Source: a virus
Taxonomy: Duplodnaviria > Caudoviricetes
IMG/VR virus record: IMGVR_UViG_3300001869_000189
Location: 1 to 40,609 of that record
Length of the DNA: 40,609 bases
Reading direction: 5' to 3' (one strand)
Part shown: positions 27,154-35,491 of the stretch, piece after piece
Layout of the letters: each line of letters begins with the position of its first letter
Position numbering within the stretch: the stretch's first letter is position 1
Program-made: the position numbers and the translations under genes
Notes under the pieces: generated by a model
Told to the model about the DNA's origin: nothing
Seen by the model: the letters and a program-made list of their open reading frames with translations, nothing else
The model's database searches: none

Positions 27154-28110
27154 TTATGCTTGAACGAACAATTTTGCAACCATCAACCTTTCAGGGCTTA
27201 CAGTTTCGAATTGAACTCCAAAGAACATGGCCATAATGAACTGAAGTACAAAAGCAGCGTGTTTTTCAACAGTGATTTTTTCTTCGTCACCTTGTTGATC
27301 TACACCAACCAACATGTTGCCTTTAGTTGTCAGGTGAATGTAAGGCGAAGCTTTTTTATTTGGCAACGCTACTAATTCGCACAAATCGTCTGTACCTTCC
27401 AAAAAGGTCTTTTTGAATTCTTTGTTGTAAGGAAGTGAACCGTTAGTGGCTTGATAATCCTTTTCATACATTTTTTTGACAGTTTTTGAAATAAACATCT
27501 TACGAGGTTCATCCTGTAATTCGTCAGACGATGCTTCATCAATTGCCATCAACGTATCCATTGCATTGTTGATACTGATAGCAGCTGTCAATTCATAAAG
27601 GTTTCCTTTAGCAACTGAGATATTACCGGCGGTAATGTCAGCTGCTGTGATTGTGTCAAATCCGTTGAACAATGTTGCAGTAGTGGTACCGGCATCGTTA
27701 CGAACAGCAGACCAAAGCACTTTATTAATGCCTTTTGAAATTTTCTTAGACAAAAATGCCAATACCAACTGTGTAATGGCTGTAGATGTCAATCCTTGAC
27801 CTGAAAGTACAGCATCTCCATAAATGGATTTAGCCACTGAGTTTGGTTCAAACTCTTTGATTACCGAACCAAAGAAAGTTTCAAGGCTACGACCCTTAAT
27901 GGTTACACCATTCTTGTCAACTCTTGCAGGATCGTAAGGACCAATTTCAATGTCTCCATCTAATTGCCCTACCGTTTCTTTGCCACGTATGCCAATACGG
28001 AGCGACATATGAGCCAATGAGCTTTGCAAGGCTATCACTGGCATCATCAATAAATCTTTGCGAAATTTCGCAGCACTAAGCGCTAAGGCTTCGGGGGTTA
28101 TTTCTACCAT
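27154..28110 (-). CDS. Major capsid protein
   Basis: 318 aa directly after head protease; LFNGFDTI motif and C-terminal MAMFFGVQF typical of HK97-fold capsids. Confidence 0.8.
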   Translation of the reverse strand: MVEITPEALALSAAKFRKDLLMMPVIALQSSLAHMSLRIGIRGKETVGQLDGDIEIGPYDPARVDKNGVTIKGRSLETFFGSVIKEFEPNSVAKSIYGDAVLSGQGLTSTAITQLVLAFLSKKISKGINKVLWSAVRNDAGTTTATLFNGFDTITAADITAGNISVAKGNLYELTAAISINNAMDTLMAIDEASSDELQDEPRKMFISKTVKKMYEKDYQATNGSLPYNKEFKKTFLEGTDDLCELVALPNKKASPYIHLTTKGNMLVGVDQQGDEEKITVEKHAAFVLQFIMAMFFGVQFETVSPERLMVAKLFVQA

Positions 28111-28143
28111 TGCAGTAAATTTATTTTAAAAGTGAATAATCTA

Positions 28144-29187
28144 TTAATCAGGTAGTAAATCGTACAATTTACGAGCACTTGCAACGGTGTTCATAAATTC
28201 ATCTTTACCTTTTCCATCACCTTCACCATCTTCGTCAGTTTCTTTGTTGACTTTTTTGGTACTTGCTCCAGCTCCAGTATTCAAGTTCAATACTTGAGCT
28301 TCTAACTCGGTGATTTTAGTAGCCTGTGTTGCTACAGTTCCTTCGGCGGTGTTCGCGCGGGTGACAGCTGCTGTTGTAGCTTCTTTTTCAGTAACGACAT
28401 TGGCTTTCTCGGTGGCAATCTCAGCTTCTTGCGTTGCCAATTTTGTTTCGATCGATTCAATTTGTGTTTCATTCAAGAATACGCCACCATCGGCGCTCTC
28501 AAGAGATGGCACGTTGAGAACCGCATTAATTTTAATGGGTTGTTTTTTCATTTTGATATTTGTTTTTTGAGTGAATAAGTCTTCGGAGTTGAATCGATTA
28601 GTGGGTACGCCTAGTGCATTAAATTTTTCTTTCATCCCTGCCATGTTTATTTTTTCGATAGTAGGAATGATTTCATCTACAAAACCCCATTGGTGCGCTT
28701 CAGTAGCATTGAGCCAGCCGCCAATTTTCATGAGGTCAAGAATTTCTTTCATGGATTTGCCTGTTTTGGCAACGTACATTTGAGCAATCACCTCATCCAC
28801 CTTGTTGTTTTCGTCAAGGTTTACTTTCAGTTCTTCAATGAGAACTGCCAGCTCATCGGCATTCATAGCTTTGTAAATTTCAACTGCATTCATCGATTTA
28901 TGAATCAGGTAAAAGCCATTGGAAGCTATCCGCACTCTTTTTGCCTTCAGGTTCATCCATGTTGCTGTCGAGGCATTGAAGCCATACATGTCAACTTGTA
29001 CATCACCATGGTCGCCAATGGCCTGGTAAATGCCAAGTCCATCGTTCACATTACCGCCAAGAGAGTTGGATCGCATGAAAACCGGTTGATTTTTCAAATC
29101 ATTCAATTTGCCTCTAACATAGTTCTGAGAATATCCCCAATTGCCTATGTAGCTGTCAATATCAATGTTGTAGGTAGGTGTAGACAT
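28144..29187 (-). CDS. ClpP-like head maturation protease with C-terminal scaffold region
   Basis: NSLGGNVNDG, GFNASTAT (Ser), YLIHK (His), WLNATEA...GFVDEI; C-terminal coiled coil. Confidence 0.88.
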   Translation of the reverse strand: MSTPTYNIDIDSYIGNWGYSQNYVRGKLNDLKNQPVFMRSNSLGGNVNDGLGIYQAIGDHGDVQVDMYGFNASTATWMNLKAKRVRIASNGFYLIHKSMNAVEIYKAMNADELAVLIEELKVNLDENNKVDEVIAQMYVAKTGKSMKEILDLMKIGGWLNATEAHQWGFVDEIIPTIEKINMAGMKEKFNALGVPTNRFNSEDLFTQKTNIKMKKQPIKINAVLNVPSLESADGGVFLNETQIESIETKLATQEAEIATEKANVVTEKEATTAAVTRANTAEGTVATQATKITELEAQVLNLNTGAGASTKKVNKETDEDGEGDGKGKDEFMNTVASARKLYDLLPD

Positions 29188-29227
29188 AAAAAAAAAGTTG
29201 CAGTGTGGTTATTTACACTGCAACTTT
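29188..29227 (-). terminator. Terminator hairpin directly before the protease ATG, overlapping promoter copy 5
   Basis: AAAGTTGCAGTGT (29194-29206) / ACACTGCAACTTT (29215-29227) perfect 13-bp stem; T tract runs into the ATG. Confidence 0.75.
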
Positions 29228-29256
29228 ACGGCTATATAAGGAAGGAAAAAAAGACT
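29221..29256 (-). promoter_or_regulatory. Candidate phage late promoter, copy 5 (head operon)
   Basis: Minus strand AGTCTTTTTT-N18-TAAAGTTG, same spacing as the other four. Confidence 0.65.
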
Positions 29257-29698
29257 ATAAATCAATAATATCAATAGGTGGAAGGGTTGATATCCACGTT
29301 ATCTCGTAGTTTACGGCTCTCAGTCCGGAAGGCGAAGCATCGTTCACCGGTGAAAAACCAATTTCAGGAAATGGCTTTTTATCTATGCCAACCAGGTATT
29401 TGTTTTTATAAACGTCAGTGAGCCGGTAGGCATGAAACTTTGTTTGTAACCGATGCTGAAGTGCTGAATCTTTATCATCCGATACGACTCCGGTTATTTT
29501 TGTTGTATAAACTAACCCGTTGTCGGTTTGCTCGGGAGTGGTATTACAGGAAGATGGTTCGCAAAGTTTTAATTTAGTCCAATTGCCCAGGGCGGATGTT
29601 GTATCGCCTGGAGTAATTATTTTTCTGGGAGAAAGTATCATTTCTTCAGCTAAAAGAAATTCGACAAATAAGATAGTTGGAAGTATTTTTGTGCTCAT
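29255..29698 (-). CDS. Phage hypothetical protein (possible tail-tube-like fold)
   Basis: 147 aa; AYRLTDVYKNKYLVG resembles VYLVQTKKGKWRVIG of 26564..27118. Confidence 0.55.
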   Translation of the reverse strand: MSTKILPTILFVEFLLAEEMILSPRKIITPGDTTSALGNWTKLKLCEPSSCNTTPEQTDNGLVYTTKITGVVSDDKDSALQHRLQTKFHAYRLTDVYKNKYLVGIDKKPFPEIGFSPVNDASPSGLRAVNYEITWISTLPPIDIIDL

Positions 29699-29803
29699 AA
29701 TTTTAGCGTTTTATTTGTGCTTAAAGTGCTAACTGTGCGAATAATACAGTAAATAAAGAAATAAATTGCATTCGACAAAACAGGCGTGAATGATTGTGTG
29801 ATT

Positions 29804-30274
29804 TTAAGATACTTTAATGTTTTTTTCTTTCGAGTACCGTTGGTTCATCCGGTGGTATATTTGGCTCACTGTATCCCAGTTCTGTTCACTGATCCCATGT
29901 TTCTCCATAAAGGCATAAATAAGGGTACTTCGTTTTACATGACCGTTTTTTAGGGCGCTGATCTCGGTGAATAGATTCTTCTTGAAAAGAGTTGAGAAAC
30001 TTTCCTCCAGGGCGTTCTTTCCGGTATCATGAATATAGTTGTAGTATACCGGGTCCTTTCCCTTGAAGTATGGTATTGGGATCGTGATATTCGAATCTTC
30101 TCCGGTGTCAGCGGTCCTATTACAAGGCAACCGAACAAGCAACTCATTCAGGAGTCGCATTTCAGGACTGTCCTTAATAAGTTCTACCGGATTTCCAAAG
30201 GTGTGTGTGATCCACTGAGCCAGGTATTCGGGTACTTTCAGATATATATTGAAGTCGCTCATAATTATATGCAA
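29804..30274 (-). CDS. Phage hypothetical protein; candidate late-gene activator
   Basis: 156 aa at the early/late boundary with basic HTH-like C-terminus; role inferred from position. Confidence 0.5.
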   Translation of the reverse strand: MHIIMSDFNIYLKVPEYLAQWITHTFGNPVELIKDSPEMRLLNELLVRLPCNRTADTGEDSNITIPIPYFKGKDPVYYNYIHDTGKNALEESFSTLFKKNLFTEISALKNGHVKRSTLIYAFMEKHGISEQNWDTVSQIYHRMNQRYSKEKNIKVS

Positions 30275-30313
30275 TATTAGTTGGTTGAAGTGTGTATTAA
30301 AAATTCAAAGAAA

Positions 30314-30769
30314 TTATCTGTGATATTTATACGGGCGTTCATACCCTTTGTGTTTTTTCTTTTCCTGGAAACTATAATCATTCATTTGTTCTCCCAAACG
30401 TCCAATGGCTTCATTGGCTTTTTTAATCGCAACATTTAAAGGTTCAAATTTTTCAAGTGGAACTACAAACTCACCCAGGTACTTTTCAGAATCTTCCAGG
30501 CATTCACGATCTATAATTGGTAATTCAGGATACTTTAAAATATCTTCATCTCTTATGAATATACTTCTTGCTTCATTAATTCCACACATTAAACCCTCTA
30601 ATCCTGAATGTCCGATAATAACTATCCGGCTTTTGTTTGCTAACTGTGAATTCTTTATTATTGTCAGTGCTGTTTCCCAATCTTCCCGATCTACTATGAC
30701 GTGATTTTTATCAAGTCCTAGTTCATTTTCAAGTTTTGGGTGATTGTGTAGTAGTGTTGATGATTTCAT
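30314..30769 (-). CDS. Hypothetical protein
   Basis: Open frame; likely start MKSSTLLH at 30769 reduces overlap with 30729..30944. Confidence 0.5.
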   Translation of the reverse strand: MKSSTLLHNHPKLENELGLDKNHVIVDREDWETALTIIKNSQLANKSRIVIIGHSGLEGLMCGINEARSIFIRDEDILKYPELPIIDRECLEDSEKYLGEFVVPLEKFEPLNVAIKKANEAIGRLGEQMNDYSFQEKKKHKGYERPYKYHR

Positions 30770-30944
30770 GTGTAAAATTATTTCTGTAGTTAATATCATA
30801 AAGGAGTCTGTTACGCTCAAAAATCCATTCGGTACTAATTGCCAGTCCGGCTTTTTGATACCTTTTAATTGCTGCATCAATAGCTTTCAACCTCCGTTCT
30901 TTCCAAATATACTCGGGAATAATCCCTATTGGTGGTTTTTTCAT
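30729..30944 (-). CDS. Small phage hypothetical protein
   Basis: 71 aa; KPPIGIIPEYIWKERR...AIKRY...EWIFE pattern; 2 nt after upstream gene. Confidence 0.6.
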   Translation of the reverse strand: MKKPPIGIIPEYIWKERRLKAIDAAIKRYQKAGLAISTEWIFERNRLLYDINYRNNFTHEIINTTTQSPKT

Positions 30945-30946
30945 GG

Positions 30947-31162
30947 TTACTCTGTTATTGATTCAATTCTTTCTGCATGTTGCTGAAATAATGGCGAAGC
31001 TACAATCATGTTTGTTTGGTCCTTTCCTAAGTCTCCATTGCAATGTGGACACCGCTTGTTTTCCATCATTTCAATAATTACTGAAGGTTTATCATAAGTT
31101 GCTATTATTTTGGCAAGTTTTCCACGCCAAAGAAGATAGTCTCCAAGTTTTGCTCGTTTCAT
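30947..31162 (-). CDS. Small hypothetical protein with CxxC
   Basis: 71 aa, CPHC; 4-nt overlap with upstream gene. Confidence 0.6.
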   Translation of the reverse strand: MKRAKLGDYLLWRGKLAKIIATYDKPSVIIEMMENKRCPHCNGDLGKDQTNMIVASPLFQQHAERIESITE

Positions 31163-31599
31163 GATTGATAAATTTTAAGTCTCATTTCTTCAGCTCGTTT
31201 ACCATATTCCAATAATGGCTTTTCAAGTTCCTGGTCCCAATTGGGATATTCTTTACGAAAAGCATTATTTTCATATACTACTCTGAAATAACTGGTATTA
31301 TCTTCAAAATCATAAGTAACTATGCTTCCTACTAATATTTGTTTCCCTGTAATATCTTTTGTCTGAGTTGGAAAACCTTTTGCTAACTTATTTACAAAAA
31401 CTGTTTTTATAAATATTTCAATTGTCTCAGGTTCTGTCAATCCATATTTTATAAATAGTTCTATAGTACTTATATACTTTTTTGGAATTCGGATTTTGAC
31501 ACTTTCTGATTTTGGATTCTTAATAAGTACATTTAGTTGCTGTTGCTGCTTTTGTTGCTCCTGTAGGGCTTTAATTACTTTGATTATATATTTGATCAT
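31159..31599 (-). CDS. YopX-like domain protein
   Basis: KDITGKQILVGSIV resembles the YopX signature KDKNGKEIYEGDIV. Confidence 0.5.
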   Translation of the reverse strand: MIKYIIKVIKALQEQQKQQQQLNVLIKNPKSESVKIRIPKKYISTIELFIKYGLTEPETIEIFIKTVFVNKLAKGFPTQTKDITGKQILVGSIVTYDFEDNTSYFRVVYENNAFRKEYPNWDQELEKPLLEYGKRAEEMRLKIYQS

Positions 31600-31609
31600 G
31601 ATAGTTTAA

Positions 31610-31774
31610 TTATTTATGTAATCCGTTAGAATTTATATGACTCATTTTATAATGATCCGGATGATAAATATATTTTGTACCATGCAATCCGTGACTATTT
31701 ACGGTTGAAGTTGTCGAACAATTCGTTAATGAGATGACCATAATAGCAAGGAAAGTAATTTTTATTTTTTTCAT
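31610..31774 (-). CDS. Small lipoprotein (54 aa), absent from ORF track
   Basis: Translated by hand: MKKIKITFLAIMVISLTNC-STTSTVNSHGLHGTKYIYHPDHYKMSHINSNGLHK; lipobox-like LTNC; fills the gap between two genes. Confidence 0.6.
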   Translation of the reverse strand: MKKIKITFLAIMVISLTNCSTTSTVNSHGLHGTKYIYHPDHYKMSHINSNGLHK

Positions 31775-31815
31775 TTCGATTAAGTTGATTTTTATAATTC
31801 ATTATTTTTAGTAGA

Positions 31816-32697
31816 TTAATCTTTTAGCCCGTTTACAAAGTCAATAAGACTTTCTTTATATTCTACTCGTTCGGTTTCTTCCACTTCATTTAAATCAGAA
31901 TATAGATCATCGTCGAAGAATTCAGATATAGCTTCCTGGCACAATCGCTGAAGTTTCTTTGGTTCAATTGCATCTAATTCGACTTGACCTAAGCCATCCC
32001 AATTCTTAGTTCTACTGTCACCATCTTTAACCGGTGCATGTGGCAATTTCCATTCAATTACTTGATGTTGCATTAAAGCAAAGCGTTTTACTTGAATAGA
32101 TTTACATCCTAAGCGTTTTATATTTTCCTCAATTGATCGTGGAATATCTTCTCCGGATGGATCATAATCTCCGAAATATAAAATGATAGGTATTTTTCCA
32201 TTTGCTTCAGCTTTCATAAATCGATTATTAGCATCGTTCAAGAAAGTTAGTGAAGGATATCCTTTGCAGGCTCCAAGTGTTACACTATTTGTTCTACATA
32301 CTGAACCAAAAACACCTTGTAAAGCTTTTTTTTCAATAAATACTTCAGGGTAATATGGTTGATTCTCCCATCTGTTTTTAAAGTAGTAATTCATCCAATT
32401 TGTAATACTTTCTTTTGCACGTTCAATTTCAGATTCTAAAATTGTTTCTTCATAATTTGTTTCTCCGATCATAGAACGGTCATGGTCGGAAAAAGTATCG
32501 AAGTCAACTAAACCAGCCCAACGAGCCTCAATCATTGCATTTACGACTCTTTTATAATGACTGATAGTATTTGTCATTCCAACAGAAACTAATTGATAAT
32601 GCAGCCCCCTTAGGGTTAATATTCCTTTTTCATAACGTTTGATAATAATTAATGAGTTATCCGTAATCCATTGTTTCGTAAATATATCTTTTGCCAT
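31816..32697 (-). CDS. Topoisomerase VI-A / Spo11-like TOPRIM protein
   Basis: Likely start MAKDIF at 32697; TLRGLHYQLV (winged-helix Tyr), EVFIEKKA (Glu), KGYPS, YFGDYDPSG (DxD), ELDAI. Confidence 0.75.
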   Translation of the reverse strand: MAKDIFTKQWITDNSLIIIKRYEKGILTLRGLHYQLVSVGMTNTISHYKRVVNAMIEARWAGLVDFDTFSDHDRSMIGETNYEETILESEIERAKESITNWMNYYFKNRWENQPYYPEVFIEKKALQGVFGSVCRTNSVTLGACKGYPSLTFLNDANNRFMKAEANGKIPIILYFGDYDPSGEDIPRSIEENIKRLGCKSIQVKRFALMQHQVIEWKLPHAPVKDGDSRTKNWDGLGQVELDAIEPKKLQRLCQEAISEFFDDDLYSDLNEVEETERVEYKESLIDFVNGLKD

Positions 32698-32760
32698 AAT
32701 TGTATTCTTGTTAAGTTGATTATTAGCCGTCGATTCACACCGCAAATCGACGGCTGTAAA

Positions 32761-33348
32761 TTATTGCATTGCTTTTTTCGATATCTCAAGCATTTGTTTA
32801 GCCTGGTCGGTAGTGATAATTGCGAGTCGATTAACCGGATTTCGAAAGTTCAGCGGAACGGTTGACGTGACGTACTTCATATTCGTTTCAATATAAATAC
32901 CTTCGGGTGTAAATCCGAATATCGCATCGCCATTCGTACCATAACTTCCATCTTCGGCCGGACTGGGGAGTATTTGTCCACCCGATTGGTATTTGTATGG
33001 ATCATCTACTATCTGCATTGTATTAGTGAGCTGACTATTCACTGAACTGATCTTATTTACCTGATAATATCCAATTGGTTCTGATATCCCTTCAATAAAA
33101 ATATACATGAAAAATGATACAGCTCGGTCATTTTGAAGTTTAAACCGTTTGATCAGGTTATCGCGCTCAAGTGACCAGGTGATGCGTGGAGCCGGTTGCA
33201 CTGAGTTCAATTGTGTTTGATTAACTTCCGTTTGTTTTTGCTCTTTTAGAGCTGAAGTATTATCTTGTTTTTCGTCACAAGAACTTGAGGAGAATAAGAA
33301 AAATGCTACTGTAAGTAGCAACATGGATAATAAATTAAACTTTTTCAT
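32761..33348 (-). CDS. Phage lipoprotein of unknown function
   Basis: 195 aa; signal peptide ending SSSC; SLERDNLIKR, KISSVNSQLT, EDGSYG motifs. Confidence 0.7.
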   Translation of the reverse strand: MKKFNLLSMLLLTVAFFLFSSSSCDEKQDNTSALKEQKQTEVNQTQLNSVQPAPRITWSLERDNLIKRFKLQNDRAVSFFMYIFIEGISEPIGYYQVNKISSVNSQLTNTMQIVDDPYKYQSGGQILPSPAEDGSYGTNGDAIFGFTPEGIYIETNMKYVTSTVPLNFRNPVNRLAIITTDQAKQMLEISKKAMQ

Positions 33349-33366
33349 TTTATATAAATTTGATTG

Positions 33367-33750
33367 TTAGTAATTTGTAAATTGATTGGCTGTTAGTGTG
33401 TGTGGAAGCTCCGCCGATTTCCACCATTTCTTATCAATATGCTTTGATTTGGCGTTATAGTCATTAATCCACCGATTTAACTGCTGTTTTTTAGTATTAA
33501 TCTGCTGTGATTTACTAAACTGTGTAAACTGCCCATCGTTATCCGGAGTTTCTTTAATCACGCCTAAATCAGCATTCAGTTGTTCACAGGTAGCATAGAT
33601 ATCTTGATATTCATCATACGATATCACTGCATTTTCCATACTGTTTGCAACGTGATCACCGGCGATACTGCAAGTTCGGCAGGTAAATAGTCCGACTGTT
33701 ACACCAATTAGCACTACAAGCACTAACATAATTCTTCCGAATGTTTTCAT
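33367..33750 (-). CDS. Membrane-anchored helical protein, probable partner of the lipoprotein
   Basis: 127 aa; N-terminal TM segment, INDYNAKS motif. Confidence 0.7.
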   Translation of the reverse strand: MKTFGRIMLVLVVLIGVTVGLFTCRTCSIAGDHVANSMENAVISYDEYQDIYATCEQLNADLGVIKETPDNDGQFTQFSKSQQINTKKQQLNRWINDYNAKSKHIDKKWWKSAELPHTLTANQFTNY

Positions 33751-33791
33751 ATAGTTTTAATGGATTTTACGAAGCCCGTCCAAGGCGTATA

Positions 33792-35030
33792 TCATTCAAA
33801 TAATTGTATAACCTGATATCCATAGCGTGGCTTTCCGTCCACTTTTTTCATCTTATGTTCAAATCCCATTGAACTCAGGGCCATCCCAAGGGTGACATCC
33901 GAAACATTGACCCCATTTGAATTATTAAGCTTTCGTGATCTGCGAAGTTCCTGGAGAATCTCAAGGGGCTGCATATGCTTCGATTCTTCACCCTCTTCCG
34001 GTATCCGGTAATATTCCTTCACCAGTTTGTTAGCATTTGTTTCTATCAGGTACCGGTTGTTGTATTCCTTGAATTCCAGGAAATCTTCATCATTCCAGAT
34101 ATAATCGAAATCAGCATTTTTAAAAAGTACCATTGCTTCAGCCCACATTTGGTGGTTGTCAACCTCACCGGTATATTTTTTCCAGTCAATTGACTCCAGT
34201 TCTATCGTTGCCCAGCGTCGGGTTCCCATGGATGGGTGAAGGAATCCACCCATTTCCTTATTCTTATTCGACGTGAATGCACCATTTCCATACCGGGGAA
34301 CGGTATTCGTGTCACGTTTAGAGATATTATATTCAGTCTGCGTGAGAACTTGCTTCACTTGTTCGGCGTTGTGCTTGGTTATCCCATTAAATTCATCGAA
34401 GTTGATCATGAAGTTTTGAGTGAATGCCAGCGTGATATCAAAGTACCGGTCTTCCTTGCTCGATTGGATATAATATGCCTTTAATGGTTTCGGGATTAGA
34501 AACTTTATGATCCTGGTTTTTCCAATACCTTCCTTAGAATGGATGAACCCGATCACGGCATCATTTTCTTTGATCCCCAACGAACAGGCAATACTGGCGA
34601 CCATCCATTTTTTTAGGATACGCACAAATCGTTCCTGGTAATACCCGGGTTCTTTATCCCCAAAATCACGGGCCACGATATCCTTGCAAAATAGGTCAAT
34701 GTGGCTTTTACCTTTCCAGGCACCTTCCAAGCTCTGAATATAATCGGCAATAGGATTGAATGTGGTGATATGATATCCTGACTTGAGTATCTTCCGGAGA
34801 ATGGTATCGCACCCACGAATATTCTCACGCTCCATGTGCAACGAAATAAGGGTTTCATTTGGAGCCTGATCGTACAGCTCGGGGTTCTTTGCTACAATAA
34901 TCGTTTTGGAGGAATCGAAAACGTTTATTTTTATTTCGTAATGTTCCGTCAGGAAGTCTTCGACAATTTTCACTCTGTCACCTGAACTGGCGGGAACTTC
35001 GGTATCTTTAATTATTTTACGTTTGGACAT
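33792..35030 (-). CDS. VapE / VirE-family ATPase (SF3 helicase-like)
   Basis: 412 aa; FNPIADY, KKWMVA, Walker A EGIGKT, Walker B INFDEF, FTSN, GTRRW; C-terminal winged helix. Confidence 0.85.
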   Translation of the reverse strand: MSKRKIIKDTEVPASSGDRVKIVEDFLTEHYEIKINVFDSSKTIIVAKNPELYDQAPNETLISLHMERENIRGCDTILRKILKSGYHITTFNPIADYIQSLEGAWKGKSHIDLFCKDIVARDFGDKEPGYYQERFVRILKKWMVASIACSLGIKENDAVIGFIHSKEGIGKTRIIKFLIPKPLKAYYIQSSKEDRYFDITLAFTQNFMINFDEFNGITKHNAEQVKQVLTQTEYNISKRDTNTVPRYGNGAFTSNKNKEMGGFLHPSMGTRRWATIELESIDWKKYTGEVDNHQMWAEAMVLFKNADFDYIWNDEDFLEFKEYNNRYLIETNANKLVKEYYRIPEEGEESKHMQPLEILQELRRSRKLNNSNGVNVSDVTLGMALSSMGFEHKMKKVDGKPRYGYQVIQLFE

Positions 35031-35091
35031 TTTGGCAAATTAAATGAGAAAGAAATAAAGAATCAGTTCAACTAAATTGGAAAAATAGGTT

Positions 35092-35304
35092 TTATTCCGA
35101 TTGAAAGTTTCCGTATTTATTGTCTGTTCTGTTCTCAGATACACAAGCGAATGGAAATTCATTAGCGACAGTTTCCTGAAGCTCGCAGCATTCTTTAAAT
35201 AAACTGCAGTTGTTGCAGTTGTTGTTGCTGCCTTTGTTGAACTTATGTACTTTATTATCTGAAGTAACTGTATTCTTATCAGTTGAAATTGTAATATTTG
35301 CCAT
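35092..35304 (-). CDS. Small Cys-rich hypothetical protein
   Basis: 70 aa; CNNCSLFKEC...C...R.D pattern. Confidence 0.6.
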   Translation of the reverse strand: MANITISTDKNTVTSDNKVHKFNKGSNNNCNNCSLFKECCELQETVANEFPFACVSENRTDNKYGNFQSE

Positions 35305-35308
35305 TGTA

Positions 35309-35491
35309 TTAATCGATTAAAGGTTTTATGTTTTTAATATCGCTTTCTTCCCACAAGTAATAAAAGTTACCACTTCCGGTTCGAAGAAGAGTTTTGCCCA
35401 ATTTAACAGCATATTCATTGAGTTCGGAAGCAACGAATTTTCGTTTATGAATTTGCTTGAGTCTTACGGCCAGTTGTGATGTTGTCAGCAT
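35309..35491 (-). CDS. Small hypothetical DNA-binding protein
   Basis: 60 aa, MLTTSQLA HTH-like start, 1-nt overlap with upstream stop. Confidence 0.5.
   Translation of the reverse strand: MLTTSQLAVRLKQIHKRKFVASELNEYAVKLGKTLLRTGSGNFYYLWEESDIKNIKPLID

Noticed and set aside
31816-32697. Wadjet defence system
   Set aside because: Only a TOPRIM protein is present; no JetA/B/C homologues.
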